The translations under genes were made by a program, and so were the position numbers. Positions 24,332 to 38,110 of a stretch of 64,000 nt of DNA are shown piece after piece; the stretch's first letter is position 1, and each line of letters begins with the position of its first letter. This DNA comes from Laetmonice hystrix (taxonomy: Eukaryota), in assembly GCA_965235115.1 (NCBI GenBank), contig OZ249437.1:14508001-14572000 (forward strand), given 5' to 3'. The notes below the pieces were generated by a model. It saw only the letters and a list, made by a program, of their open reading frames with translations, did no database searches and was not told the origin of the DNA.

Positions 24332-26072
24332 CTGTAAAATCATAGTAAATACAGGATTTATTTAACTAAATACAGGATTTATTAAACTCATGTTCATCTG
24401 TTGATGAAGCAAGACTCGACCACCTCACTCAGTTTCACAAGATATTCTTCGTCTCAAAAACCTGATCATTCTTTCTTCGTTTACTCAGTGCAAGAAATAT
24501 AATACAACAGTTAATATCTGGATAGACTTCCAGTCTCTATATTACCTGCAAGTGAAGATGCAAATAATAATAATCCCAATCCCCCCCCCCCCCCACACAC
24601 ACACACAACACATGAGCCTTGGTGGAACTCATCATATTACAAGCTCCAGGAAACACTGGGTCAATTTGGGCTCATTTTGACATAAATCCTCCAAATAGGA
24701 AGACGGCTGACAATATCCGCTGGGTTCCCCCTTCGCTGTGGCTTCTAATATCCCATTTCCAAACAGCAGCTTGGTGGTTTTGCGAATAACTCCAGTAGAT
24801 CATATTTGGGCTCAGCAGTCTTTGAAGGCAAGGCCGGCTTTATCTGTTTCACATTGACTATCCCTCCGGTAGGCATTACGTGCCTCGCGGATATTCTATG
24901 AAAGATTAGGGAGTGCGCATCCTTGGGCCCCCTTATCGGTCATATCCGATTTTGATGAGTTAGATGAGGATGGTGCTGTTGCTGGGGGAGGTTGTAGATA
25001 CAGAGGTGGATGCTAGTCCGTGATAGATGCCACCAGTCTGCATGCTTTCCTCTCGAGGATTAGGCTGAAATTTGTTGTTGGCTTATTTTTCATTTTTCAT
25101 TTTAGAGGAATTTCTCTTTTGTTCTAAAATTTGAAGTATGTGTTTTTTTTATACAAATTACATATAGTTAGTTTCATCAGGAAACACTCTTGTATCACAT
25201 TAAATTTATCAAGTTTTAAATTTCAAAGTCCATTTATCAATATACCGAGGACGTAAATAACCTTTTCATGTTTGTCACGTTACGTTTCTTTGCCTTCTTT
25301 CTATTTTACTTAGCTAACTGCTAATACGCGACGGTCGATAGTAATCGTTCATATGGAAAAGACACTACATCACAAATATCAATTTCTCCCTCTTGGGGAG
25401 GAGGGGAATGATCTGTCTACAAGGTCATAATTATTACAAGGGAATCTTCTGATCAACTGGTTACGATTACCAGGCGGGACCGCCTCCTGCCCCCTGCTCT
25501 GTTCTGTGACATCAGAGGGTGGTATAGAAAAATGTGCGTGCTGAGCTTCCCACTGCTGCCCTCCTACCAAATGTATAAAACCACGTTGCATGCTCCGAGC
25601 CATATGTTGGTGGGACACGCGTATACTTTTGTTGAACCCATTGTCCGGTCCTGCAGAATTTTGACGTGAATATCCGGAATTCTACACCAGAGCGTTCGAA
25701 ACCTTGACGTTGCGAACTCACGGCATATCGCGTCACGTGAAACGCAAGGAAATAGAGCATGCGCACGACTACTATGACGGAGAGTCAATGTAGACCGTTG
25801 ACTGATGTGGACCCCCCATTGAATATTGAAGACAATTGCCTCCCCTCTGACAACATCAATATCAGTGAACTCTCTGCAAAAAGGTCGTCTTGCTTTGTGC
25901 TGAGTCACAAATGATAACATTTTTCTTGTGTCGTGCCAAGAACAGAAAAAAACACGAGCATCAACTTTAGTTTTCCCCACTCTGGAATCAATACTCCAAC
26001 TATCAGGGTCTGTTAATTAAGTAGCACCAGAAAAATCAATGTAGCGGGCTTTTAACGCCGCTTAGCGTCTTA

Positions 26073-26750
26073 ATGCGAACGTGGAGCTATGGGAGATATG
26101 CAGCCACCCTGTTTTTCCCCAAATACAAAAAAAACGGAGCCCAACCTCACATAGCAATCACTGCAACCTCCACGACCGTATACGATGGTGTTGTGCCTGG
26201 TATGTTTTTCTTACAATTACTCTGTTGGGACCATTATTCTTTTATAAACTTCTGGCAAGTAACAAATCACACGTTTTCTAATATATATAGTTGAAAGTTA
26301 ACACTGAATTGTACAAATATCTGATACGAACACGATGCCCTTTTGCACCAGCTATATTATGGCTAATTTTCCTCCGTCCCTCAATATTCTATATGTTAGA
26401 ACTGCGTCTCGAAGTATATTACAAGAAAAAGAAACCAGATCCATTCAAGTAACTGACATTTGCAAGAACTAGGAACCTTTGTGAGAAGTCCCTACAGCTA
26501 GCATGACTTTATTTGTTGAAAGTTGGTATATACACAAATCAAATAAAACATCTTATGCTGCTCATCAAACGAACAAAAATCCAATATTATTAACAAAGAT
26601 GAGTATTTTACTTCTCTTCCTTGTCATAATGCCCCTTTAATGTTCATTGGTTTATACCGCCAGCTTCAGCTGTCCTCCACATATTGAGACATATTGTGTA
26701 CAGACTGGACTTATATTGCAGTCTTTTTGAATGCCTGCGTATTTCCACTA
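26073..26750 (+). pseudogene. Possible decayed class A GPCR fragment (muscarinic/aminergic-like TM3-TM6)
   Basis: WSYGRYAATLFFPKYKK (cf. ISxDRYxxxxxPxKYR), VVPGMFF...WD (cf. TM4 WxxPxxxFF...GW), later KMSILLLFLVIMP..F.CP (TM6-like); several stops and frameshifts. Confidence 0.33.
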
Positions 26751-26789
26751 GCTCATGACGAAGTAACCGAAGACCCCCTCACGAAATGG

Positions 26790-27233
26790 ATTCCCTTTTT
26801 GATGTTCCTCGCACGGCCTTTTATACAATAAACTCCAAGGGTATAGTTGCAGAATTGCATACATGGTGGACGAGCCACGCGGACCACGCCCCAACTAAAA
26901 CTAGAATCCAGAGCCCCATAATGTCTCCATATCAAATGTCCTATACAGTTTGACATTACAGCTGCTTAGAAGAACAAGGAATGATATCCAATCTGTGTAC
27001 TGTTGGTGCCATTCTTTGCCCGACCCTGACGTTCTACACAGCCGCCAACACTGACATTTCCTACAGGGAAACTCAAGCTAGCTCCATTAGGTAATGATAC
27101 CGGTCCATATAGACCACAGAAGGCATGTGCCACGCCAATTGATATGGCGATAATGGAAGGCCATTGAGCCGTTCGTCTGTTCTAAGGGCCTCATAATATC
27201 GACTGTTAGAAACGTTCCGGGATGCAAACTAAT
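26790..27233 (-). pseudogene. Decayed class A GPCR fragment (histamine H3/muscarinic-like TM3 end to TM7)
   Basis: ISL..FLTV (cf. ISYDRFLSV), VAHAFCGLYGP..L.....S..VGGC (cf. H3 VWVLAFLLYGPAILSW..IPEGHC), WLVHHVCNSATIP (cf. WLxYxNSxxNP); frameshifted, ICL3/TM6 apparently missing. Confidence 0.45.
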
Positions 27234-29763
27234 AATCAACCCCTTTTATTTCATAGTTCGTGTTCTGTTACTTTGTGTTGCCTCATTCTCATCATATTTC
27301 CGTTATTTCCCTTTTTTATCTCTTATATCACTTTTAAGGCCAATGCCCACTAAGACGACTGTCCTTGCCACGACCAAACGATTTATTGTTTAATGGTGGA
27401 AATTCACTCTAGAATTTTTCCTGGCTGGCCTTCCCTGTTTCTGGAAAATCACAGTAAAATAAAAGGGTGATGTCAAAATCGCATAGAAGTCACAAGGACA
27501 AACGTCTATGTGGACATGGGCATCTTCATCATCATCATCATCGCCACCATCATCGCCATCATCGCCACCATAATCATCACTTTGTATTGTTGCCTCACAT
27601 GACTTTTGCAGTAGGTTAAGAAGTAGTGAAGTGGAGACTTACTGCAAGTCACAACAGCATACACATTAAGTTCTCAAAATCTTACGCTACCCAGGCCTGC
27701 CAATATAAGATTGGCATTTTGTATAGGATGCAGTCGAACTTTTAGGCCTAAATGCCACAATGGCTTTCGTTCCTGATAACATGACCTATCAACATGACAA
27801 TTCACATGGCAAACAATACTACTGTTACCTTGGAATAATGTAAGCCAATAGCACCTATTGTTAACAAACAATATTGCTGTCGGTTCCATCTCCACCAAGG
27901 CGACGGCCTTTATCGAGTTTCCCACGCAAAGCGCGAACGACATTGTGATAGCTGAGTAGGGGGGGGGGGCACCAGCCTTCCCGGCAATGAGCTGCGAGAT
28001 TGCTGGCTAACGAAGAGCGGCAACTTGACGACATGGCCGAGGGCGCAAATTGATCGAAAAGTCTATAATATGGAGGTTGCACCTAAAACGCATCAACGCG
28101 TTCAGTCAATAACAAATATACAATGCATGCGCGCGCACATTGCAGGCGGCCATCTTTGCCATCCGTGCAGGCGCCGAGCATTCTTGTCGGATGCGCCGGT
28201 CGATAGAAGGGGCGTAACGTTCTTCATGGACTGCGCCCAGCTACCACTTCCCGGCCCGCTGCAGGTGTAAAGTTATCAAATATTAAAATGATCTCTCGTG
28301 ATGACTCCATCCTACCGGCATGCCGTAAACAAAACACGGGGTCCGGACTTCTCTCATGTGTAAATTACTAATCTGAATCCATAAAAATTACAGGCGTTAT
28401 TGGAAAATGCCGTGATGAGCAATACTAAATGGAGTCCAAGGGGAAGTATGGAACGTCATATTGGAGGAAATACTTTCAAAATGGATGCAGTCAATGTCTG
28501 TGGAGGTGAAATATATCAAATGGAAACTGATTTCAATCAATCTTTCCCCCGCCTTAGCTTCTATTGGAAATGAATGACTTCGTGTTGGTAATTGTCCCAA
28601 CGTGCTCTGCAGGTCTCATATCACGTTATTGTATGATAATAACGCTGTGTGTTTACTTATACATGTATTTCAGATGAAGCGTGGTAGCCCCCCCCCCCTA
28701 TGGGACAACCATGCTGATTTAGTCATCCAGAACCTAACTACACCGTTTACAAAAGCTGGGCGACAGGACATAGAGATTACTGAAAATATCCCTTCAGTGT
28801 TTGGGGTCGCCGCCTCGCACCTGCCACCGCCAAGATGAAAAGCAACCTTTGTATCGACAAGGCGCTTTGACCACCGATCCTATGTCAGTGCCTTGGGGAT
28901 TGCTTCATCTCCTAATACGATTCGCGTTACTCTCATCAATGCCTGATGAGGGAAACGGTGCCGTCGGTGTCGTCTGCGCCTTACAAATACATCAGTGGCG
29001 TATCACTTCATAGAGAAAGTAGCCTTGAGGCAATGATCTGTGTTTGTGCTGGCACTGCAGTAGGACGCTCCCCGTGACCGCGGTTTCTATCTATCCCCGA
29101 AATGTTTCCAGTGGTCAAAATCACCTGTTTATATTGACGGGCGTGAGAAACAACTACGCTGCAACGTTCTGGGAACAGGTGGTACAGCAGTCGAGACGGA
29201 AGCCTATCAATATGGCGGTATTAAGTGAAAAGGGACTGTCTTTGCCAAGAAACGAATCGTTGCTATGGAAGCATCTGTGCGTTACTTGTCGCTGGATTGA
29301 AGTTCTCCCTTTTGGTGTGTCTCTCGAGTCCACGTGATTGACTGCAGCTTTCAACACCAGTTAGATCTTAGAACTGCGTATCGAGATAAACATGTTCTTG
29401 TAGTTTGTAATCTTTGTCATAATGATGAATCATCTAAAGTTGTTAGCAAATAGACAATAATTATGAATATCAAAATATTTTACCTAATGTACCAAAATGT
29501 GTTCAGGCGCGGATCTGGGGGTGCCAGGGGGTGCGGGGGTTGTGTCTAAGCAGGAGAAAAGAAAAAATACTTCATAACGGGGGGGGGGGGGGTTGCAACT
29601 CCAGTAAACCCCCCCCCCCCCCACCACCACCACCACCACCACCACCACCACCACCAAATCCGGTACTGGGACGGGCCCTGAGAATGTTTTTATTGTCACC
29701 TCGTCATCGCAGGCGAACATGCCACAGATAGTCGTGGTAGAACAGGTTGCATGTTGCCCTTAC

Positions 29764-30048
29764 CTGGCATACATCTGTAACTGGTCTGGAGGTAGGACGT
29801 CGTGTCGTCAGGACAAGGGTGGGTCTGGTAGAGTGTATCGTCTGATGTTTTCACCGAGCAAGACTGTCTCCCCGAACATCGCGAATCGACGAAGCCAATC
29901 ACGTCGACAGCACAGCCGAGATAACCTAAATCTTTCCTCACACATTTCCCTATGGCCATACGTCCGTACCTGGCAGTCTGCATCATTATCACTTCGTTTT
30001 CCGCACAACTGGCGTTGAACGTCTCCCGATGACAGAAGTCCATTGGCC
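29764..30048 (-). CDS. Exon 2: SUEL-type (D-galactoside/L-rhamnose-binding) lectin domain
   Basis: Acceptor TCTTTTCAG|GG, donor G|GTAAGG; 285 nt, phase 1-1; FCHRETFNASC..NEVIMMQTARYGR...C...GC....VDSRCSGRQSC....HPC....SYLQTSYRC has the SUEL Cys spacing and YGR motif. Confidence 0.94.
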
Positions 30049-33000
30049 CTGAAAAGACAAAATATTTTAGAGGTTATTCTCAAGATAAAAGATCAAACGG
30101 TTACATTAGGGAAACGATGGTTCACAGAATATATTGTCTGCAGACAAACGCCATGTGTTCGTACGTCGTTCATCATTTGATCCCTTTGCTGACGGTTGAG
30201 AGGATAGTGAGAGAGCAGAACATAGGGAACTCCATATAATAACCAATTTCTTCGATGAGATTGGCTGGATCGCTGCCGATCCTGATTGTACTGTCTATCT
30301 CGTGATGAAGTATGTTATCTCGTGAGAAGCCAGTTTCGCCTGCGTTCCGCCCGTTCTACACTCGAGGTTCCGACAGACAGACATAACATAGAACCTTCAC
30401 ATTCCATCAAATATTATGTTCTTTCACTGAAATGTGTTGTGAAAAACAACGACCTGTGATTATCATTTGAAGCCCATATGACAAAAACAGTTATTCCGGT
30501 CGACTTAAATGGCGTGAATAGTTGTTCCTGGTGACTGCATGCCGAGAACAAGTTAGATTTCTGCAGCCATCGTAAACACAGATTTACATTGAGGCCGATG
30601 TAGCGGTGCATTGTCAAGGAAAATGTTAAATGAGACAAGTCAACGTGACTTAGATCAATGAAACATGTTTTGTGGTCACCATCGGGACCTGAGAAATCCT
30701 TTCAGGCTTTTTTTTTTACAAAATAAGGAATACAAAACAAAAGAAGACTCGTAAAAGTCATTCACACATCTTATACATCTTCAACCCTTTGTGCGTAAAA
30801 TTCTTCTGCAAGAAAAATTCTTTCGTATGTTACAAGCATGTTTCGCGTGAAAAAGATCATGCATTGTTATAATATTATGGCACGGACATGCAAAGCATGT
30901 ACCAAGCAGATGCATGTAAACATTATAGTATATGCGAGTCTGAGTCAGGGTCATTTAAAAAAACGTATTCTATACTGACAACCAAGAAGGAATGCCGAAA
31001 TTTTGCCCTCTGTAAAGACAGAAGGCTCTGATCAAAATAGGATACTAAAGGGCAGAATTTCCTATGCAGTATGTGTTTGCTATGCAATTTGGTTCTGTAA
31101 AAAAGATTCCATTTTTGACAGGATTGGTAGTTGAGGAAATCCTTACACTATTGTGATATGCCCTGCATGTTTCTGCATTGTTTCCAATTTCCCCCTCCAC
31201 TTTAACAGCATCATCTTCTTCTAGTTTTTCTTGTCGCTCTTGCTCTTACTTTATCGGCGTTAATTTCTCTCTCTTTTTTTGGATGGGGGAGGGGTATCCA
31301 CGGAGAATCCTTTCAGTGTGAAATGCTGTAGCCTGAATATTTTTTTATATTTCACTTAGTTGGGTGAACAGGTTTGAATGTTCACACGCCAATAGTATTT
31401 AAGTGGTCTTTACCATGGGGGAAAAAAACAGGTCAGCCGAGGAGGACTTCGGCTGGAGTTCCTGCGAGGCTCGTTCATCGGGAGGTCGTCCACTGAACCG
31501 CTTGAGGCAGTCGTCGGCCGAGGAGCGGTTTGTCATACTCTCCCACATTGAGGATGGAAAATCTGTCAGATCTGCATAAGCTTCTTTTCGGTCTTGAGGG
31601 AGTGGCCTTGGCCACCCTGCCGCAGGGTCTAGCCCTTGACTGAACGCGTGACGTATTAAAACCCCCACAGGAGCAACTTTTGACATAAATCACGAAATAT
31701 GTGTTTGAAACTTGAACGCCTATTACGGGATCAAGGCGATTAACACATTTCTGTCTATAACCTCTGACGCTGTTGGAATCTCTTCCACATTAAATTTTTA
31801 CAGAATATTTTATTCTGTATCTACGCATACTTATTGATCCAATAATGATCACATTTACGAAAATAAAGGCCCAAATAATTTACTGATAACATATGTATCT
31901 TTTGACCATCTCATTTACTGTACATTCTGAACAAGTACATCCCAGCAACATCATGTCGTAGTACCGAGGTCTGCACGAGTGTGAGGAAGAAGCACAGAGA
32001 CGGATAGCTTTTTTCCCGCTGGTGACCAGATCCAGGAGGAGTAGATGACCTCTGTAAATCAACCTCTGGACCTGGCAAGAAGAGTGGCCAGACTGGGTCC
32101 AAGAAGATTATAAAGGACGCAGCAGAAATTACCCATTCAATGAGAAAAGGAGATTTCTTTGTAGGACTCGCGCTATTTGTTCAAGACGGCCGGCTGCCTT
32201 TGATACGCGATCCACGCCTGCATTATGACATCAGCTCCTTCCGGTTTCGACAGCCAGCGTCGGAGTGCCACGTCCTTGATGGCCTGAGGGTAATCATCAG
32301 ACCTCCCGTCACAGTGTTCCTTACGGAATCGCCCCTGGTCGTTAGGGGTCGTATGAATAGGGCACAAATGGCACTGTGTGGACACCTAAGAAATTTATTG
32401 CTTTTGGAATTGACAGCCATTGGTGTTTTACCGACAGATTATGCATCAAAGCGGCGCTCGTGTGAACCCGGCCCAGCGGTCTGACCCTGGCCCGCCCGCC
32501 AGCCTAATGGAATAGTGCTTTTTGATACGTGTCTTTTGTCAGACAGTTCCGTTAATTCGTCAGAGAGGCGACATTTATGTCGGCGATAATTAACCGGTTG
32601 GTGGTCTGATTAGGGGATGGCTTCGGTAATAGTTTGGTCTGACAAAAAGGTTCGGTTTTTATCGAAGGCGAACGTACATTTCGCTTGACTTAATGGGGAA
32701 ACCAACATTACAGGGCATAGCATACTGAAGGCAAACCATTAGTTCTTGGTAAGTCCTAGGGGGCTGTGGGGGATTTTTAACCGCCAATATACTAATGAAA
32801 CGTTTAATTTGAAGGACCAGTGATAATAGTTACGTTGAAATTCAATGAAGAAAATTTCTCTCTATTAATATAGAGAAATAATGATCCGACCTTCGGATCG
32901 ACCTTATAGGAGTGTAATGAGCTCCAATAGCCATACAAGATTACATTCGTTATACAAGTTCTCAGGTCACGAAGCGATGGAGAGAAGGGTATCTACCTAA

Positions 33001-35052
33001 ATAATCTATTCCTGTTATTGCGCCGAAGACCTTCAATGTCAATGTAGCAGAAAACATCTGCTCGCTTCAAACTGGTAAAGATATTCGTACCGAAAGAAGG
33101 AAAAATATCCTATTACGCTCGTTTATTAACAATACTTGCTATTGTTTTGTTCATATGGCAATGTGTGGCGGTAATGGCAAGGCACAGATTTTCGAGTCAC
33201 CCCTGATGTCGAGCCATGGCAGGTGTCAGTGTTTACCAAACGACACCAGGACCGGTCGCCTCATATTGACGATTCAATTAGGTAATATTAAGGGGGTAGT
33301 CTCCGAGTCTGACACCAGTATGGAGTCGCGTCATGTAGGCACCGAGCGAGGTGAGGGTCTGTCAGGTTATAGATGGCAAACAGTCCGACCATCAAGGTGC
33401 GAGCAGCATGCACGCACCACGTAGCAAGATTACTAGGCCTATTAAGACGCATACAGAAAACATCAAAGACACTCTTCAAAACGCCACGGACAGATCGTCC
33501 GTGCAGCTTTTGCTAGTTAGATTACAGCGTCGACGGCACTGTGTCAGCTCGCCACCGGTGCCATATCACCATACCTGTCCCCTGCATTAGCTACTTCTAT
33601 AATGGGTGCCATGCTGGTGCACACTGGATGAGGAGGTGGCGTCGTCACTTACCATGTGGCGACAAGAAAATGCTGTTGCTCGGCTATAAGGACGTTAAGT
33701 ACCTCTGCTACACTTCGTGGTTCACTGTCCTCGGAGTGGCTTTCAAACACTCCAAACTATCGTTTGAAATACAAGTTCACGTATCTGTCTCAGTCTTTCT
33801 GGTGACATTCAAACGGCGGTAATCCATCTAGGTGCAGGTACACGAGGTACAATGAGGCCATACATTATTAGTAAGACAAGCAAAAACCTTTATTTGAGGT
33901 CTTGAAAAAGTCATTAATACATTCATTATTTTGAAGAAGCATCCATTTCGAAGTCAATTACAGAAATCTCTGTCATTCAAAACAAAACAGTTGCAGGTAA
34001 TGTTCCTACAAGATTGTTAATTGATGTCTTTAAAAAACCCTATCCATCAAGACCACATAACACACTGAAGAAAGCATTCGATGTAAGGAGTACTACATGG
34101 ATGCCTATTCCCCTGACTCCTTTGGCAAATACAACAACTTTTAAGACAGACAGACACATCGTACTGTGTACAAAGTACCAAGTTCATAGAAACATGAGGT
34201 ACTATTAAAATAGGCCGTTTCAAACAAAAAACTAATCTAAGAATCTTTACGTTTCGGATGGTCTGTATCACTCTCAGTGTATAGGATCATCAAAAGCAAC
34301 GACGTCCAAAGTAAATATTCTCTGATTGTGACTATGATATTCTCTTTCAGTGTTTACTATATCCTGAATATTTTACAATATATACAACAGTTTGGAAATC
34401 ATATCATGCCTTCCCTTTCTCTAGTCATATTCAACTCTAACTGTTGGGTGTCCCTTTAGTATCAATCGAGTGTGAGTTGGGCATTCGATCATATTAATAA
34501 AAAACAAGTGTATTTTTTTGACTAGATTTGCTCCAACCTAATTAAATTATTTTTATGTCCGATTCTTTATAACGTTTCCATATTCTGAATGTTTCCGTAT
34601 TCTCTTGCAAGAATATGAGATTCGTTATGCCATTTTTAAAGGAAAGTGTATGCGAACATTATGCTGCACGTGCGTCGTCGTATTTCCCATAAACTGTCAG
34701 TCATTGCACTTCACTATAATGACAAATACCACCAAGGGTAATGTCACACGCGCTTTAGTTGATGTTCGTGTATAAATGAAAATGCCCCACGATGGGCCAT
34801 AAATCAAAATGGCAAGGCGTTTTGTCTATTAAATCAGGACTCGCCTTTAGTTCAGTTACTCGTGTCTAACACATACAAGAGATTCAACCTACACCATCCC
34901 CATTTCGATGAACAACACGACTTTTGTGTTGCGCGCGACGCATTTAATCTTTAGCCGCAGTTAAAATACAATGCTGACTTGTCACAATGTTGACCCTGTT
35001 TCTGGGTCACAAGAAAGGCAGAAACAGAAGGAGTGGAAGTGCAAGCTCCATT

Positions 35053-36491
35053 GGGCACAGTGGCTTCTCACATAATGATGTCATTACTACTCCAGGCCCA
35101 GCAAACTGACACGGTCAGGGTACCTCACGGGTGCAGTGGCTTCTCACATAATGATGTCATGACTACTTCAGGCCCAGCAAACTTACACGGTCAGGGTACC
35201 TCATGGGTCCAATGGCTTCTCACATAATGATGTCATGACAACTCCAGGCCCATCAAACTTACACGGTCAGGGTACCTCACGGGTGCAGTGGCTTCACATA
35301 ATGATGTCATGACTACTTCAGGCAAACTTACACGGTCAGGGTACCTCATGGGTTCAGTGGCTTCACATGATGTCATGACTACTCCTGGCAAACTTACACG
35401 GTCAGGGTACCTCATAGGTTCAGTGGCTTCACATAATGATGTCATGACTACTTGAGGCCCAGCAAACTTACACGGTGAGGGTACCTCACGGGTGCAGTGG
35501 CTTCTCACATAATGATGTCATGACTACTCCAGGCAAACTTACACGGTCAGGGTACCTCATGGGTTCTGTGGCTTCACATGATGTCATGACTACTCCTGGC
35601 AAACTTACACGGTCAGGGTACCTCATAGGTTCAGTGGCTTCACATAATGATGTCATGACTACTTGAGGCCCAGCAAACTTACACGGTGAGGGTACCTCAC
35701 GGGTGCAGTGGCTTCTCACATAATGATGTCATGACTACTCCAGGCAAACTTACACGGTCAGGGTACCTCACGGGTGCAGTGGCTTCACATAATGATGTCA
35801 TGACTACTTCAGGCAAACTTACACGGTCAGAGTACCTCACGGGTGCAGTGGCTTCTCACATAATGATGTCATGACTACTCCAGGCAAACTTACACGGTCA
35901 GGGTACCTCACGGGTGCAGTGGCTTCACATAATGATGTCATGACTACTTCAGGCAAACTTACACGGTCAGAGTACCTCACGGGTGCAGTGGCTTCTCACA
36001 TAATGATGTCATTACTACTCCAGGCAAACTTACACGGTCAGGGTACCTCACGGGTGCAGTGGCTTCACATAATGATGTCATGACTACTCCTGGCAAACTT
36101 ACACGGTCAGGGTACCTCATAGGTTCAGTGGCTTCACATAATGATGTCATGACATCTCCAGGCCCATCAAACTTACACGGTCAGGGTACTTCATGGGTGC
36201 AGTGGCTTCACATAATGATGTCATGACTACTCCAGGCAAACTTACACGGTCAGGGTACCTCATGGGTTCAGTGGCTTCTCACATAATGATGTCATTACTA
36301 CTCCAGGCCCATCAAACTGACACGGTCAGGGCGCCTCATGGGTGCAGTGGCTTCTCACATAATGATGTCATGACTACTCCTGGCAAACTTACACGGTCAG
36401 GGTACCTCATGGGTTCAGTGGCTTCTCACATAATGATGTCATGACTACTCCAGGCAAACTTACACGGTCAGGGTACCTCATATATGGGTGC
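35053..36491. repeat. Minisatellite, ~66-77-bp unit (core 69 bp), about 20 copies, with 211-bp and 140-bp higher-order repeats
   Basis: Core GGCAAACTTACACGGTCAGGGTACCTCACGGGTGCAGTGGCTTCACATAATGATGTCATGACTACTYCA; diagnostic variants recur at 211-bp (35475/35686) and 140-bp (35821/35961) spacing. Confidence 0.95.
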
Positions 36492-37569
36492 AATCACACT
36501 TCCAATAACCTCGACATGATTGAGACCGTATTTAAACACAAACTGTTGATATGAACACATTTAGTGGGCTTATTTCCCGGAGGACTGGGATTAATAGGGG
36601 GTATGACAGGCGGAGTGGGGGTAGTGAAGACGAGAGGGTAAAGGCGGGCTCCCTAAGGAAAGTCTCCCTGACCACAAACGTTCCCCCTCCGTCCCGTTGA
36701 CGTGCCGCATTGGGTACCGCATGGTGTGAAGAAAACTGATTCCGTCTGATTTGATTTTAATAATTTATTAGACGTCGAGCCGTCAGTCCATCCAGCATAT
36801 TAAAGCCTTGTCCCGTACTGGCACTGACTGAGGCAGTGCAGGCCACGCATTCCTAATCCGAAATTACGTTTTCTTTAATCCAATCCAGGAATTGAATCCA
36901 GGGAGTGTGTGATAGGAGAGATATGCCGAGCGATAAATGTCTGCGCGGCGGTTTTTATGTTGTGAGGTGTTTTTTTTTTGCTCCCAGTCTGCAAGCTCCA
37001 CAGTCTGACTATTCTAGCTTACGCGTCATAAAGTACAACTGAAGTTAAAAATTAATATTATTGAATCGAAATGAGGGTCTCGCACGCTCGACAGTGAGTG
37101 GCGTAACGTGAACGGTGCGTGTCGAAACGGGGTTCAAACGTGGTTAGTCAGGTTAAAGCACGAATTTAATCACCTGAAAGTGATCATTTGTGAATGGGAG
37201 GTGCATATGAGTATGAACTATTAATAGATCTTACCCATACATTTTCTGATTGTTATCGGCAGACTTAAACCACAGAAGTCGTTGTTAAAAATGTGCCTAC
37301 ATGCATGCGTGACCCACCCTCACACAGTGAAGGCAATATCATGTACATGGTGGTGTAAAACCTGCGGGCGCCAGTCGTTCTTTATAAATGATTAGTGTCA
37401 GGTCAGAGGTGTCACTGTGTGAATACATGTATTTATTACTTTAAGTGTGTTTGTGACAACCAACCCTCCTCCCACCCCGACACAATGTATACCTTCACAG
37501 ACAAACAAAAGGATGGAGAGACAGGGAGATTATTATCACAATTAGGCCGAGTTGTACTCGTTCATTCTG

Positions 37570-37710
37570 TCTCTCGCTCTGGATTTCTGTCTCTGTCTCT
37601 GTATCCCTCTCTGTCTCCCTCTATCTGTCCGTCTCTCGTTGTCTCTCTATCTCTCTATATCTATCTCTCTATCTATCTCTATCTCTATCTATCTCTATCT
37701 CGCTCTCTGT
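37570..37710. repeat. CT/CTAT-rich simple repeat
   Basis: Direct reading. Confidence 0.85.
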
Positions 37711-38110
37711 TATCAGCCCTAATTCCTGGTCTCGGAAAGTTTCAGGCAATATCGATGTTATCACGAAGGCACGGTAACAAATAAGACGTTTGTATTTCTA
37801 GAACGTGAATTAGAGCCCCCGGCAACCAAAATAAGCTTAATAGGAGGCACCGACAGTGAATACAATAACATTAATTAGGAACTGCAAATCATTACCGACG
37901 CCCTATACTGGGACTGGGAAAGAGTCTGAGAGACAATAAGGTAGTTTAATATAATCAGGACTCGCAGAGAAAGCCGGTTAGATTGTCCTAATCACCGAGA
38001 TCCCTGCTTTCTACTGATTCGGTGAGATCCATGCAGTATAAGAAACCATGCTGATATCAGGTGTATGCTCTCTCCCTCTCCATCATCCATGCCCAACTTG
38101 TGTTTTCATA

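Noticed and set aside
24715-24900. Minus-strand GNPADIVSRLP, resembling an RNase H end
   Set aside because: One motif only.
30770-31250. Possible further GPCR TM3-TM4 relic (SYTSSTLCA..KRSCIVIILW)
   Set aside because: No DRY-like or other anchor motif.
31950-32484. 114-aa ORF and neighbours resembling a Gypsy inter-domain region
   Set aside because: Only vague DG / LVV / GHL similarity.
33653-33683. 31-nt AG/GTAAGT-flanked segment as an alternative first or internal exon of the receptor
   Set aside because: No start or signal peptide, and it would frameshift if spliced between exons 1 and 2; at most a poison exon, unsupported.
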